Program-made: the position numbers and the translations under genes
Shown here: positions 37,763 through 47,958 of the stretch, one piece after another
Numbering within the stretch: position 1 is the first letter of the stretch
Layout: every line of letters begins with the position of its first letter
Origin: Candidatus Woesebacteria bacterium
Lineage (GTDB): Bacteria > Patescibacteriota > Microgenomatia > UBA12405
DNA: 64,000 nt
Direction of reading: 5' to 3'
Assembly (NCBI GenBank): GCA_035450165.1
Contig: DAOTMI010000003.1
Location: 217 to 64,216 of the forward strand
Notes under the pieces: generated by a model
The model's input: the letters and a program-made list of their open reading frames with translations, nothing else
Told to the model about the DNA's origin: nothing
Databases searched by the model: none

Positions 37763-38352
37763 TCCCGACAGTTTTAGAAAAAGAATTCAACGCCGCCGAA
37801 AAAACAATTCGACAGGTAATGACCTTTTCACCTTGGATTCAAATTGACGTTATTGACGGCATTTATACCCAAGGTAAAACTTTTGAACTGGAATTGCTTA
37901 ATAAGGCCGAATTTCCGGAAACAATTCTGTGGGATATTCATTTAATGGTTAAGGAGCCGGAAAATTGGTTAGAAAAATGCTTTTTCGTTGGTGCCGCCAG
38001 AATTACCGGTCAAGTAGAAATGATGACTGACCGTTATCGTTTTATTAATAAAATAAAAAGTATGAATATAGAGGCTGGTTTGGCTTTTGATCAAAATACT
38101 CCCGCCACTAATATTCCTCCCGAAACTAATCTTGTTTTATTAATGGGAAGAAAGGCTGGATTTATCAAAAATAAGTTTGATCCTCAAGTATTAAAAAAAA
38201 TAAATCATCAATTTATTACGGCTATTGACGGCGGTGTTAGCTCCCGGAATATTAAAACAATAGAGGAAGCTGGGGTGGATATTGTCTACAGCGGGCGAGC
38301 TTTCAGAGATTTAATTAATCATCATGCTGGCCAAAACTCAAAAAATAATTAA
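37753..38352 (+). CDS. rpe: ribulose-phosphate 3-epimerase-like
   Basis: 199 aa; IQIDVIDGIY...HLMVKEP pattern. Confidence 0.65.
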   Translation: MQIIPTVLEKEFNAAEKTIRQVMTFSPWIQIDVIDGIYTQGKTFELELLNKAEFPETILWDIHLMVKEPENWLEKCFFVGAARITGQVEMMTDRYRFINKIKSMNIEAGLAFDQNTPATNIPPETNLVLLMGRKAGFIKNKFDPQVLKKINHQFITAIDGGVSSRNIKTIEEAGVDIVYSGRAFRDLINHHAGQNSKNN

Positions 38353-38899
38353 GAGAGTCGCCCTTTTAGGCGATTCATCGGCCAAGAGATACCAATCACA
38401 TTGGCAAGCTGCTTACCAAACAGCTAAAATCTTAGCCCAAAACGGCTATATTATCGTCAATGGCGGTGGTCCAGGAGTCATGTTGGCGGCTACTTTAGGG
38501 GCTAAATCTGCCAAAGGTATAGTTGAATTAAGCATCATTAATCCCCAAAAAAAACCAAATAATTTTGAAAGTACCCATCCCGGCAATTTAGCTCTGGCTG
38601 ATAAAGTCTATATAGCTAACACCTACCAGGAACGACTCAATCGATTAATCGATCTAGCTGACGCCTATATCTGCTTTAAAGGAGGAACCGGAACTCTTTC
38701 TGAAATTGGTTTAACCTGGGGATTAGCTAAATTTGATTACGGCCGACATGAACCTCTAATTTTTTACGGAAAATTCTGGAAAACAATTTTGGAACAATTA
38801 AAAACTGCTTTACCACTCACTAAAGACGAAAAAACTGTTTATGCCATTGCTCAAACCCCCAAAGAAGTCCTTGAATTACTGAAAAATTCCCAAATTTAA
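38324..38899 (+). CDS. LOG-family (TIGR00730) Rossmann-fold nucleotide-binding protein
   Basis: 191 aa; GGGPGVM and YICFKGGTGTLSE motifs. Confidence 0.7.
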   Translation: MLAKTQKIIKRVALLGDSSAKRYQSHWQAAYQTAKILAQNGYIIVNGGGPGVMLAATLGAKSAKGIVELSIINPQKKPNNFESTHPGNLALADKVYIANTYQERLNRLIDLADAYICFKGGTGTLSEIGLTWGLAKFDYGRHEPLIFYGKFWKTILEQLKTALPLTKDEKTVYAIAQTPKEVLELLKNSQI

Positions 38900-38907
38900 T
38901 TATAAAA

Positions 38908-39693
38908 ATGCTTAAAAAAGCGATTTTAGTCATTATTTGCAGTTTATTTTTAACCGGCTGTAGCTTAACCCCTCCGGCCAAGTCGGCGATCGAAATCCAT
39001 TCAACTCCTCAGGCTACCGTTTTTATTAATGGCCGGGAAGCCGGCATAACCCCTTACAAAAACACTAATTTAACTCCTCAAGAAATCACTGTTAAGTTAG
39101 CCTTTAATGACCAGTGGGTAGAAAAAAAAATTAACCTTAAACAAGGATTAACATCGGTCTTAGACTGGAAATTCGATGAAAATGGCAACAATGGTGGTTA
39201 TCTATTAACAATGGAAAAAACCGGTGATTCTAACTGCAGTCTTTTAATTAATTCGATTCCGGCTCGAGCGGTGATTAGCTTAGACAATCAAATTATTGGT
39301 TCAACTCCTAAAAAAATAGACCGTCTTGACCAAGGGGAAAAACAAATTACTATTAGCTTTCCAAATTATCAAAACATAAATTTATTTTTAAGAACTACAC
39401 CAGGCTATAATTTAATAGTTACTGCTGAATTAATTAAAAATATCCGACCAACCGAATCTTCTCAGGAAACTACTCCCATTAATCAACAACCACTCGTCCG
39501 GGTTCGGGAAACAGAAACTGGCTGGTTAAATGTAAGGGACAATCCTTCCACTGGTGGCCGAGAGATTACCAAAATAAAACCAGACGAGGAATATCAACTT
39601 TTAGAAAAAACTCAGGATTGGCTTAAAATAGAATTAAAGGATGGTCGAGACGGTTGGATAGCAGCTAAATACGGCGAGATAATCTCCAGGTAA
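38908..39693 (+). CDS. lipoprotein with two PEGA domains and a C-terminal SH3b domain
   Basis: Lipobox LFLTGC. PEGA motifs IHSTPQATVFINGREAGITPYKN and INSIPARAVISLDNQIIGSTPKKI. SH3_3 GWLNVRDNPST...GWIAAKY. Confidence 0.65.
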   Translation: MLKKAILVIICSLFLTGCSLTPPAKSAIEIHSTPQATVFINGREAGITPYKNTNLTPQEITVKLAFNDQWVEKKINLKQGLTSVLDWKFDENGNNGGYLLTMEKTGDSNCSLLINSIPARAVISLDNQIIGSTPKKIDRLDQGEKQITISFPNYQNINLFLRTTPGYNLIVTAELIKNIRPTESSQETTPINQQPLVRVRETETGWLNVRDNPSTGGREITKIKPDEEYQLLEKTQDWLKIELKDGRDGWIAAKYGEIISR

Positions 39694-40762
39694 AGGAAAA
39701 AAGGAGCAAAAAAATTCCTAAAAATGCATAAAATTTTTGGGTGCTATTTAGAAAAAGAGAAATTATACCAAACAATAAAGAAACTAACCAATAAAAAACG
39801 GCGATCTGGGACCGTTTCCATCCTAAACGTAATAGCTGGTGATGTAAATGACGATTGTCAGATTGAAAAATTGATTGGTGGTTTAATAATCGCCTAATGA
39901 TAACAAAAATGGCATCAACCATAGGTACACTTAAAAGTAAAATTAAAGTAGCCAATTTAGCCCCGGACAAAATAGCTAAAACCGCTAATAATAGACCGGC
40001 CAAACTCTTACCACCATAACCAGGCATAATGCTTTGAGGAAAAATATTATAAGGAAGAAAACCAAGATAGGCTCCAGCTAAAGCCCCAGCTAAAACAATA
40101 ACTGGCCATTGAGTAATATCGTTATGAAAACGTAAACCAAGAATACCAATAAATGTAGCCGCAATTACCACTAAACCTGGGAGCTGGCCATCCACTCCAG
40201 TCGACCAACCAACAATATTGGTACACCAAGTAATCCAGATAATGGCCAATAAATCAGAAACAATCCAAATAGAGTGGGGTAAACCAAAAAGAGTAAAATC
40301 GTATCGCCAAAGGGAAAAATCAATTACCCCGCCGAAGGGATTAGATAAAAAAGCAATTCCAATTCCACTAATCACAATAGCCAAGGCCGCCAGAACATTA
40401 GTTATCAAACGAAAACCTGGACTTAAGTCCCATAGGTCATCGGCAACGCCAACTAAGAGATTAATAGTACAGGCAATAATAATACCAAGTAAATGCTTAT
40501 CTAAAGGAAGGAATAAAATGATAGTCAAAACCACGGCTAAATAGACCGGAATACCTCCACCTCGCGGTACTGGTGCCAAAGCGGTGGCGTTTTTAGTCTT
40601 TTTCTGTTTTTCCCATGGATATTCAACCCAATTGCGTTTAATAAAAAAATTACGAACTAAAGGAGTAGTCATCAATGAAATTAGGCTGGCAACGATCAAA
40701 GAAATAATAAATTGGCTTATCATTTTATTAGGAAACCAAAAAAATAATATGGAGAAGACCAA
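39665..40762 (-). CDS. MraY/WecA-family polyprenyl-phosphate N-acetylhexosamine-1-phosphate transferase
   Basis: 365 aa polytopic; VGVADDLWDLSP motif. Confidence 0.7.
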   Translation of the reverse strand: MVFSILFFWFPNKMISQFIISLIVASLISLMTTPLVRNFFIKRNWVEYPWEKQKKTKNATALAPVPRGGGIPVYLAVVLTIILFLPLDKHLLGIIIACTINLLVGVADDLWDLSPGFRLITNVLAALAIVISGIGIAFLSNPFGGVIDFSLWRYDFTLFGLPHSIWIVSDLLAIIWITWCTNIVGWSTGVDGQLPGLVVIAATFIGILGLRFHNDITQWPVIVLAGALAGAYLGFLPYNIFPQSIMPGYGGKSLAGLLLAVLAILSGAKLATLILLLSVPMVDAIFVIIRRLLNHQSIFQSDNRHLHHQLLRLGWKRSQIAVFYWLVSLLFGIISLFLNSTQKFYAFLGIFLLLFSFTWRLSRRI

Positions 40763-41096
40763 TCAATGAAAAAAAACTGAAAACTAAGGAAGTAATCATT
40801 AATAATCTGGACAAAAGTTTTAATTCCCGGGAATAATACATGGCCATCAAACTATCAACGACCAAGACAAGGACTGATAAAAGAGGAAAAAGAAATAAAT
40901 TAGCTACGGGAGCCAAACGACTTTCTCCCCAAGGTAAAGTGTAATATAAAGGAACTTGGGTTGGTAAATTAGAAAAGGTAAAAAAAAGAACAATAATTTG
41001 TCCTAAAATACAAAAAATAGTCCCTCGAACCATAAAATGATTCATCTTTTCTTGCCAAAATTTACCCAAAAGTGATAAGGAATAAAAAAGAGACAT
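40728..41096 (-). CDS. small polytopic membrane protein
   Basis: 122 aa, hydrophobic; sits in the glycosyltransferase operon. Confidence 0.35.
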   Translation of the reverse strand: MSLFYSLSLLGKFWQEKMNHFMVRGTIFCILGQIIVLFFTFSNLPTQVPLYYTLPWGESRLAPVANLFLFPLLSVLVLVVDSLMAMYYSRELKLLSRLLMITSLVFSFFSLIGLLHIIFLVS

Positions 41097-42452
41097 TTAT
41101 TTTAACTGAAAAATAAGGGCTGGACCGATTTGGTCGAGCGGTAAATAATTTTGATTGAGAAATTTATCAAGTTGGGGAAAATCTCTATTCTCCATTGAAA
41201 AATAGACAATAAATTTAGGTCGTCTCTGTTGAAGGGCCATTATAGTTTCCTCATAGGCATTCAAATCAATAATATGATAAGCGGCAGTATAACGACCAAC
41301 AGGCAAGCGATCCGCCAAAGCATAAATATAAGGTTCATCACCCCAGATGAAAATCGGCTCGGCTCTATTTGTGTTGTTTTTTAAATATTCAGCAATTTTA
41401 TAAGTAGTGGCTACCTTTTCTCCATAATAGGAAGGATTATTATGGTTAAAATAAAAATTACGATAATAAGGTATAGTTGGATAAAAATAAAATTTATACC
41501 GAAAAATAAGACAAATTATAATCGATAAAGCTAAAATAAAGTAAGGCCAAAAACCAATAAGGAGGAAAAGGGGCGGTAAAATCTGAATCAAATAATGAGG
41601 GTAAGGACGACCGGATAAAAGACTGCCAAAAATACAAGCTGATAGCCAGCCAAGAAGAAAAACCAATTTGGAACTAATTAATTTTTTCTTTAAAAGCCAA
41701 TAAAGTCCTCCCCATACCAATAGGAGAATCAATAATCGACCAGTTAAACCGCCGTTTAAGGGAGAATGGTTAATTGAACCGGTTTGCCATGAAGAAAGAT
41801 AACCAAAATTTTGGAAAATAGCCGCCGTTATAAAAGGCTTGACTGCTCCTTTGAAAAAGAAATAAATTGTCCATAAAATTATTGGCCAGCTGCAGCCAAT
41901 TAAATAAAACAAAATATTCCGCCGTTGACCGGCAGGCTGGGTTAAAATCAGACAAATAAAAATAAAAAAAGCTTCGATGACTACTGGAGCTTTGAGGGTA
42001 AAAGCTAAACCAAAAAATACACCGGACCAAAAATATTTTTTATTCAACCATTGATAAACTGCCAAAATAGTTGGTAGAAGCATAAAAATCTCGGCGTTGG
42101 CCACATTGCCCTCAATTAAAGGAATGGAAGTAAAGATAATAAAAATGAAAGTGCTTACAGCGGCAAGACGGTGATTAAAAAATTTTCGAGCCAGAAGATA
42201 AAAATAAATCACGGTAGGAATCATCACCAAAAACAACAATAAACGAAAACCGAAAACTGTCCGGCCCAGAGCGGCTAAATAGTATAAAAGGGGCGGTTTG
42301 TTATCATAAATTTGAGAATATAAAGTTAAACCACGTCTCAGAGCCTGGCCTAAAGTCAAATAAATCCCCTCATCGCCGTACCAATAGGGTTCAAAGAGGG
42401 ACGGTAGACGTAGAAGAAAAAAAACTAAACCATTAGTTAACCAAAACATCAT
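41097..42452 (-). CDS. GT39/ArnT-like (PMT_2) membrane glycosyltransferase
   Basis: 451 aa polytopic; N-terminal YWYGDEGIYL motif (DE loop). Confidence 0.65.
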   Translation of the reverse strand: MMFWLTNGLVFFLLRLPSLFEPYWYGDEGIYLTLGQALRRGLTLYSQIYDNKPPLLYYLAALGRTVFGFRLLLFLVMIPTVIYFYLLARKFFNHRLAAVSTFIFIIFTSIPLIEGNVANAEIFMLLPTILAVYQWLNKKYFWSGVFFGLAFTLKAPVVIEAFFIFICLILTQPAGQRRNILFYLIGCSWPIILWTIYFFFKGAVKPFITAAIFQNFGYLSSWQTGSINHSPLNGGLTGRLLILLLVWGGLYWLLKKKLISSKLVFLLGWLSACIFGSLLSGRPYPHYLIQILPPLFLLIGFWPYFILALSIIICLIFRYKFYFYPTIPYYRNFYFNHNNPSYYGEKVATTYKIAEYLKNNTNRAEPIFIWGDEPYIYALADRLPVGRYTAAYHIIDLNAYEETIMALQQRRPKFIVYFSMENRDFPQLDKFLNQNYLPLDQIGPALIFQLK

Positions 42453-42475
42453 TAGGTTATTTTAGCATTTGAAGC

Positions 42476-43975
42476 TCAAGCCTTCTTAGGTGTCGTCCAA
42501 TACTCTAATCTTCCACCTAGCATCAAGCGGGTTTGAGATTCTAGACCAGGCAGAACTGAAAGAAAAAACGTAGCCACTGGTAAAAATGGCCATTGAATCA
42601 AATTCTTTAAAACAGTCCTCCAACCTCCTTTTAAATCAGCCGGGCGAAGTTGCCAATCAACAATAATCAGGCAAATTAAGGGAATAAGGCAGATGGTCAA
42701 TATTAAACGAACAATCCGAGGTAAATTGAAACCAAGGGTCGTGGCAAAAAAATGAGGATTGAGTAAAACCGGTAAGGATGAACCTAAAGTTAACAAAAAC
42801 CAATTGCTAGCCCAAATAAAATAAGATTCCATAATCTTAAAAACACGAAGATATCGAGTAATAAACGGGATTTCTCGATGAAGACGGGCCTGTTCGAGAG
42901 CATAAGGGATATCAGTGCAACCCCAAGCTTGACGAACACATTGTTTATAACGATTTCTTAAAGCTATCCAGGTCGTTTCTCCCGATGGTGCATCAACTAC
43001 TGCCGGCAAAAAAATCGGTTCAACTGCCACCCGTCCCTGATTGGCAAAAAAGGTTTGGAGAAAAATATGCCAATCTTCAGAAATAACATCTGGATCCCAA
43101 TAGCCGGCACTATCAATCAAATAATAACTGGAAGAATAACAGGAATAATTAAAAAACAAACCATCCAACTCTTGGACACCAGCAATATGACCTACGTTGC
43201 CAATAATACCGACTATCCGAATTAAGGCCGGCACCTGATTGATATTGCGATGCCAAATAATCGGGGCTTGCCAAAAACGATAATACCGCTGATGGTTTCG
43301 GGCAAAATTATAAGTAAGACAGGAAAAATATTTGGGATGAAAAAGAGTATCGACGTCACAACTTGTCAGGGTTAAATTCTTTAATTGATAACGACCACTA
43401 TCAATGTATTTCTTCTTAAAATATTTAGCTGCCCAAGCTTCATTAGTGTGCTTACCAGCTGTTTCTCCGGGCAAATTACTCGGATGTTCGGTAAAAATCA
43501 AATGGCCGAATGTCCCTTTATACTTGGTAGAAAAATAATCAATTGTCTTTTGATTATTTTCTTTACCAGCTCGGGCTTCTTGAGCCAAAATAACATGCAG
43601 CTTTTTTAAATCAATATCGACTTGGGCCGCTAAAGAACCAACTGCCATCTCAATAACATCATTGGGTTCTTTATAGGAAGAAATAATAATTACATGGTGG
43701 ATATCTCGATATGGTAACCACCTGGCCCGGAAATCCTGATTAAATTTTTCCAACCAATTGGTATTTTTGGCCGCTTTAATTTTAAAATAACCAATAATAG
43801 CCAGGGTAGCCGTTTTAAAAGATTGCCAAAGCCAATAAGTAGCAAAAGCCAGAGCAAAATAAGCCACTAATTTAGGAATAACGAAAGCTCCCCATAAAGG
43901 AAACAAAATAAAAAACCAAGCTATTAAGCCCGGTAACATTTCTAAAAATCGATACCAACGGGTTTTCTTATTCAT
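42476..43975 (-). CDS. family-2 glycosyltransferase with flanking TM helices
   Basis: 499 aa; N- and C-terminal TM helices around a cytoplasmic GT2-like core; assignment moderate. Confidence 0.5.
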   Translation of the reverse strand: MNKKTRWYRFLEMLPGLIAWFFILFPLWGAFVIPKLVAYFALAFATYWLWQSFKTATLAIIGYFKIKAAKNTNWLEKFNQDFRARWLPYRDIHHVIIISSYKEPNDVIEMAVGSLAAQVDIDLKKLHVILAQEARAGKENNQKTIDYFSTKYKGTFGHLIFTEHPSNLPGETAGKHTNEAWAAKYFKKKYIDSGRYQLKNLTLTSCDVDTLFHPKYFSCLTYNFARNHQRYYRFWQAPIIWHRNINQVPALIRIVGIIGNVGHIAGVQELDGLFFNYSCYSSSYYLIDSAGYWDPDVISEDWHIFLQTFFANQGRVAVEPIFLPAVVDAPSGETTWIALRNRYKQCVRQAWGCTDIPYALEQARLHREIPFITRYLRVFKIMESYFIWASNWFLLTLGSSLPVLLNPHFFATTLGFNLPRIVRLILTICLIPLICLIIVDWQLRPADLKGGWRTVLKNLIQWPFLPVATFFLSVLPGLESQTRLMLGGRLEYWTTPKKA

Positions 43976-44000
43976 CGGCTAATAGTGTATTATATCAGCA

Positions 44001-44735
44001 ATGGGATTAAAAGACGATATTAAGAAGACAATAGCATACGCCAAAACATACGGTTGCGTCCTCAACAAAAAACAATTATACGAAAGATTGATCGGCAAAA
44101 ATAATTACGAATTAAAAATTACGAGTTACGAATTCAAACACCTAAAACTACGAAAAGCTCAACAATTAGCTGAAAGAGTAGGAAAAATGTTTCCTAACGT
44201 TTTATTTATTGGGGTGACCGGCTCGGTAGCAGCAGAGTTCCCCAAAAGAAATGATGATATCGATTTATTCATCATTGTTAAAAATAACACTCTATGGTTG
44301 ACCAGGTTTTGGCTTAGAATTTTTATCTGGCAGCAAAAAATTCCTCACCGGCGATATGGTCGAAAAGAAAAGGCGGATGAATTTTGCTTTAATATTTGGC
44401 TAGATGAATCAGCCTTACTCTTGCCTCCCCAAAAACAAAATCTTAATAATGCCGTTGATTTAATTTTAATGAAAAAGATTTATGACAAAAATAATACCTA
44501 TATAAAATTTATACAGGCTAATAGTTGGGCAAAAAAATACGTGGCAACACCATATTGTCATTTAATTCGAAATTCGAAATTCAAAATTCAAAATGACTTA
44601 CCAAAAATTTTAAATTTTAAATTAAAAATTTTAAATTTATTATATTTCCTGCCTCAATACCTTTACAGCCGGCTGAAAACGAAACCCCAAAATGTTGATC
44701 TCCATCGAGCTTTTTGGGGAGGCAGTAGGCGGTAA
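44001..44735 (+). CDS. nucleotidyltransferase (Pol-beta superfamily) domain protein
   Basis: IGVTGSVAAEFPKRNDDIDLFIIV (GS...D.D motif). Contains AT-rich low-complexity repeats. Confidence 0.5.
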   Translation: MGLKDDIKKTIAYAKTYGCVLNKKQLYERLIGKNNYELKITSYEFKHLKLRKAQQLAERVGKMFPNVLFIGVTGSVAAEFPKRNDDIDLFIIVKNNTLWLTRFWLRIFIWQQKIPHRRYGRKEKADEFCFNIWLDESALLLPPQKQNLNNAVDLILMKKIYDKNNTYIKFIQANSWAKKYVATPYCHLIRNSKFKIQNDLPKILNFKLKILNLLYFLPQYLYSRLKTKPQNVDLHRAFWGGSRR

Positions 44736-44764
44736 TGATGTCTGACCAGGGTTATAATTAAAAA

Positions 44765-45301
44765 GTGAAAATTAAATCAAAAGATAATCATCGGAGAAAT
44801 ATCATAGCTACAATTATTGCCGTAGTAATGGCACTTTTTATTTTGTTTGTCTCTATTGCCCGGGCTAGCCTAGAAATTGCCAGTTCCCGGGATGCCAATC
44901 GAGATATAAGAAAAATGGAGATTGAGTGTGAAGTTAACGGAGAAAAATTTACCTATAAATTACCTCAGGCCCGAATCTTACCCGATGATCCAATTTATTT
45001 TTTTAAACGAGTTAGGGACTGGCTCTGGCTTAACTTCGCTAAGGACAAGTTAGAAAAAAGTGACATAGCTCTCTTTATTGCCGATAAAAAAATGGCCGAA
45101 ACTCAGGTTTTATTATCAAAGGGAAAAATTAACCTAGCTCTAGCAACTAGTCAAGAGGCTTTAAATAAATTAAAATACGCCAGATCCCTTCACCCCACGG
45201 ATCAAAATTACTACGCTGGCTGGTCTTATGCTAAAATCTTGCAAAACTACAACCAAAAAATCCAAGTGTTGGATGAATGGAATCAGCAACAAAAGAAATA
45301 A
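44765..45301 (+). CDS. hypothetical membrane-anchored protein
   Basis: 178 aa, single N-terminal TM helix. Confidence 0.4.
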   Translation: MKIKSKDNHRRNIIATIIAVVMALFILFVSIARASLEIASSRDANRDIRKMEIECEVNGEKFTYKLPQARILPDDPIYFFKRVRDWLWLNFAKDKLEKSDIALFIADKKMAETQVLLSKGKINLALATSQEALNKLKYARSLHPTDQNYYAGWSYAKILQNYNQKIQVLDEWNQQQKK

Positions 45302-47402
45302 ATGGTTGATTATTATCATTCTTCTGATTCTTATCCTCGGCAGTAGTGTCGGTTGGATCTTACGAGATGTGCCCGGCCCTTTAAAACTAAGTAAGGGAGA
45401 ATTTCCAGAATCATCAAAAATATTAGATCGGAACGGTAAACTCCTATATGAGATATATGCCGATAAAAAGAGAACGGAAATTCCCTTATCGGAAATCCCC
45501 CAAAAAATGATTCAAGCCACTTTAGCCATTGAGGATATTAATTTTTATAAACATTTTGGTTTTGATTGGCGTGGAATTATTCGAGGGGCCTATCGCACTA
45601 TTTTTCAAAAGAGACTTCAGGGCGGTTCAACCCTAACTCAACAATTAGTTAAAAATGCCTTACTAACGCCGGAAAGAACCTGGAGTCGAAAGGTCAAAGA
45701 AGCTTTGTTAACCCTAGCCACTGAAATTATTTATTCCAAAAACCAAATTCTAGAAATGTACTTCAATCAAATACCTTACGGTGGTACTCTCTGGGGAGTT
45801 GAGGCAGCCGCTAAAGATATTTTTAATAAATCGGCTAAAGACTTAAATCTGGCGGAATCAGCCCTTCTGGCCGGTTTACCAGCAGCCCCTTCTAAATATT
45901 CTCCTTTTTCTCATCCAGAACTAGCTAAAGAAAGACAAGAGCAGGTATTAAAACGAATGTTAGAGGTTAATTTCATTACCCAAGAAGAATATCAGCAAGC
46001 GATTGAAGAAAAATTAAACTACTATCTAGTTAAACAAAACATTGAAGCTCCTCATTTTGTCTTTTACATCAAGGAAATGCTAACGGATAAATACGGTGCG
46101 GAAAGAGTAACTGAAGGAGGACTCCAAGTCTATACTACTCTCAACTTAGAAATCCAAAAAATGGCTGAAGCCACCGTCAGTGCTGAAATAAATCAACTGA
46201 AAAAACTGAAAGTTACTAATGGGGCTACTCTCATTACCTCACCCAAAACAGGAGAAATTCTAGCCATGGTTGGATCAAAGGATTACTTTGCCGACGACAT
46301 TGATGGTAAATATAACGTTACTACTGCTCTCCGCCAGCCGGGATCAGCCATTAAACCACTTAATTATGCTGTTGCTATTGAAACTGGTAAAATTACCGCC
46401 GCTTCGATTTTATTCGACGGGCCTACCTGCTTCCCGGTAGAAAATCAAAAACCTTACTGTCCAGTTAATTACGGCAATAAATTTTACGGTATCCAAAGTA
46501 CCCGCAATGCTTTAGCTAATTCAATCAATATTCCGGCGGTAAAAGTTTTAAAGTTAAACGGATTGGAAACATTTATTGCCTCCGCCTCCGCCTTTGGGAT
46601 TAAAACCTTCAAGGATCCATCTAATTATGGCCTATCTTTAACTTTGGGGGGAGGAGAAGTCCAGATGACTGATATGGCTGTAGCCTTTGGCGTTTTGGCT
46701 AATGGGGGTATCAAAAAAGAACTAAACCCTATTTTAAAAATTATTGATAAAAATGGAAAAGTATTAGAAGAAGCTTCAAATGATCCTGGAATAAGGGTTC
46801 TTTCCCGGGAAACAGCTTTTATCATTCAACAAATTTTATCCGACAATCAAGCAAGGAGCTTAGTCTTTGGCCCCAATTCAATGTTAGTCATCAAAAATCA
46901 CCCCGAAGTAGCCGTTAAAACAGGAACAACAAACGATATGCGAGACAATTGGACTATAGGCTATACTCCCGATTACGTCGTCTTAACCTGGGTTGGTAAC
47001 AATAATAATGCTCGAATGGGTGGTTTAGTTTCCGGGGTAACTGGAGCTGCCCCTATCTGGCATGAAATTACTACTCAATTATTAAAGGATAAAGAAATTA
47101 AAAAACCAACCAAACCAGCAGGTATCGTTGGCCAATCGGTATGTAATCTAACCGGTGGCGCTATCCCCCCTGAAGGCTGTGAATCCCATTTTGAATATTT
47201 TAAAAAGGAATTTCTACCGCCGATCATTAAACCAAGCCGACAAAACGTCCTCATCGATAAGGATAGCGGTCGAATTGTCAAACCAGAAGATCATAAACCT
47301 AACACCCAAACGGAAGAACATTTAGTTTTTCCCGACGCCACGGGAGAACTTATATGTCTTGACTGTCTTATTGTCGAACCAACCCCTACCCCTTTAAACT
47401 AA
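45228..47402 (+). CDS. class A penicillin-binding protein (PBP1A: GT51 glycosyltransferase plus transpeptidase)
   Basis: GT51 motifs ATLAIEDINFYKHFGFD and GGSTLTQQLVKN. Transpeptidase STIKP-like RQPGSAIKP, SNN and KTGTT motifs. The start may be the internal Met at about 45273. Confidence 0.85.
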   Translation: MLKSCKTTTKKSKCWMNGISNKRNKWLIIIILLILILGSSVGWILRDVPGPLKLSKGEFPESSKILDRNGKLLYEIYADKKRTEIPLSEIPQKMIQATLAIEDINFYKHFGFDWRGIIRGAYRTIFQKRLQGGSTLTQQLVKNALLTPERTWSRKVKEALLTLATEIIYSKNQILEMYFNQIPYGGTLWGVEAAAKDIFNKSAKDLNLAESALLAGLPAAPSKYSPFSHPELAKERQEQVLKRMLEVNFITQEEYQQAIEEKLNYYLVKQNIEAPHFVFYIKEMLTDKYGAERVTEGGLQVYTTLNLEIQKMAEATVSAEINQLKKLKVTNGATLITSPKTGEILAMVGSKDYFADDIDGKYNVTTALRQPGSAIKPLNYAVAIETGKITAASILFDGPTCFPVENQKPYCPVNYGNKFYGIQSTRNALANSINIPAVKVLKLNGLETFIASASAFGIKTFKDPSNYGLSLTLGGGEVQMTDMAVAFGVLANGGIKKELNPILKIIDKNGKVLEEASNDPGIRVLSRETAFIIQQILSDNQARSLVFGPNSMLVIKNHPEVAVKTGTTNDMRDNWTIGYTPDYVVLTWVGNNNNARMGGLVSGVTGAAPIWHEITTQLLKDKEIKKPTKPAGIVGQSVCNLTGGAIPPEGCESHFEYFKKEFLPPIIKPSRQNVLIDKDSGRIVKPEDHKPNTQTEEHLVFPDATGELICLDCLIVEPTPTPLN

Positions 47403-47954
47403 CCACCAATAAATTTTCTCTACTACCCCGGGAATTAATTCAATGGAAAAGTCAAGATTATTTTGGCCGGTAATTCTGATTAAAATATAAATTTCCCTAC
47501 CGGGAATAGATAAACGAAAATAACCCTGATAAGAGCCAGCCCGGGAAGTAATTATCTGCCGAACTACTACCCCTTTGGGAATTGCTTTATAAAGAAAACT
47601 ATCAACAATGGGGTCAGTTTGATTGAGAAAATTAACAGCACTTTCAACAGCAGTTTGGTCAGTAAAATTTTTTTGATAAACAAAATCCCCAGATCGCACA
47701 TAAACGGACCATTCATTTTGGTCATCAATCTCCAAATTAAATGGAACAGTTGGGGCTGGTGAAACCGAGGAAGATAAATGGGGTTGAGACCAATAACGAT
47801 AAAAATAAAAAACTAAACTCAAACCAACGGTTAAAATCAAAGAAACAAAAAGCCAGAATTGTTTTCGATGGATCCACTCTTTTTCCGAAATCTCATCAAC
47901 TAAATCTAATTGTTCAGATTTAATTTTTCTGGGTTTAATTGTTTTGGGCAACAT
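47394..47954 (-). CDS. hypothetical membrane-anchored protein
   Basis: 186 aa, one TM helix. Confidence 0.4.
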   Translation of the reverse strand: MLPKTIKPRKIKSEQLDLVDEISEKEWIHRKQFWLFVSLILTVGLSLVFYFYRYWSQPHLSSSVSPAPTVPFNLEIDDQNEWSVYVRSGDFVYQKNFTDQTAVESAVNFLNQTDPIVDSFLYKAIPKGVVVRQIITSRAGSYQGYFRLSIPGREIYILIRITGQNNLDFSIELIPGVVEKIYWWLV

Positions 47955-47958
47955 AACT

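Noticed and set aside
44571-44660. Possible CRISPR or tandem repeat array (cgaaattcgaaattcaaaattcaaaat ... ttaaattttaaattaaaaattttaaattt)
   Set aside because: Irregular AT-rich low-complexity sequence inside a CDS. No unit-plus-spacer periodicity and no cas genes.
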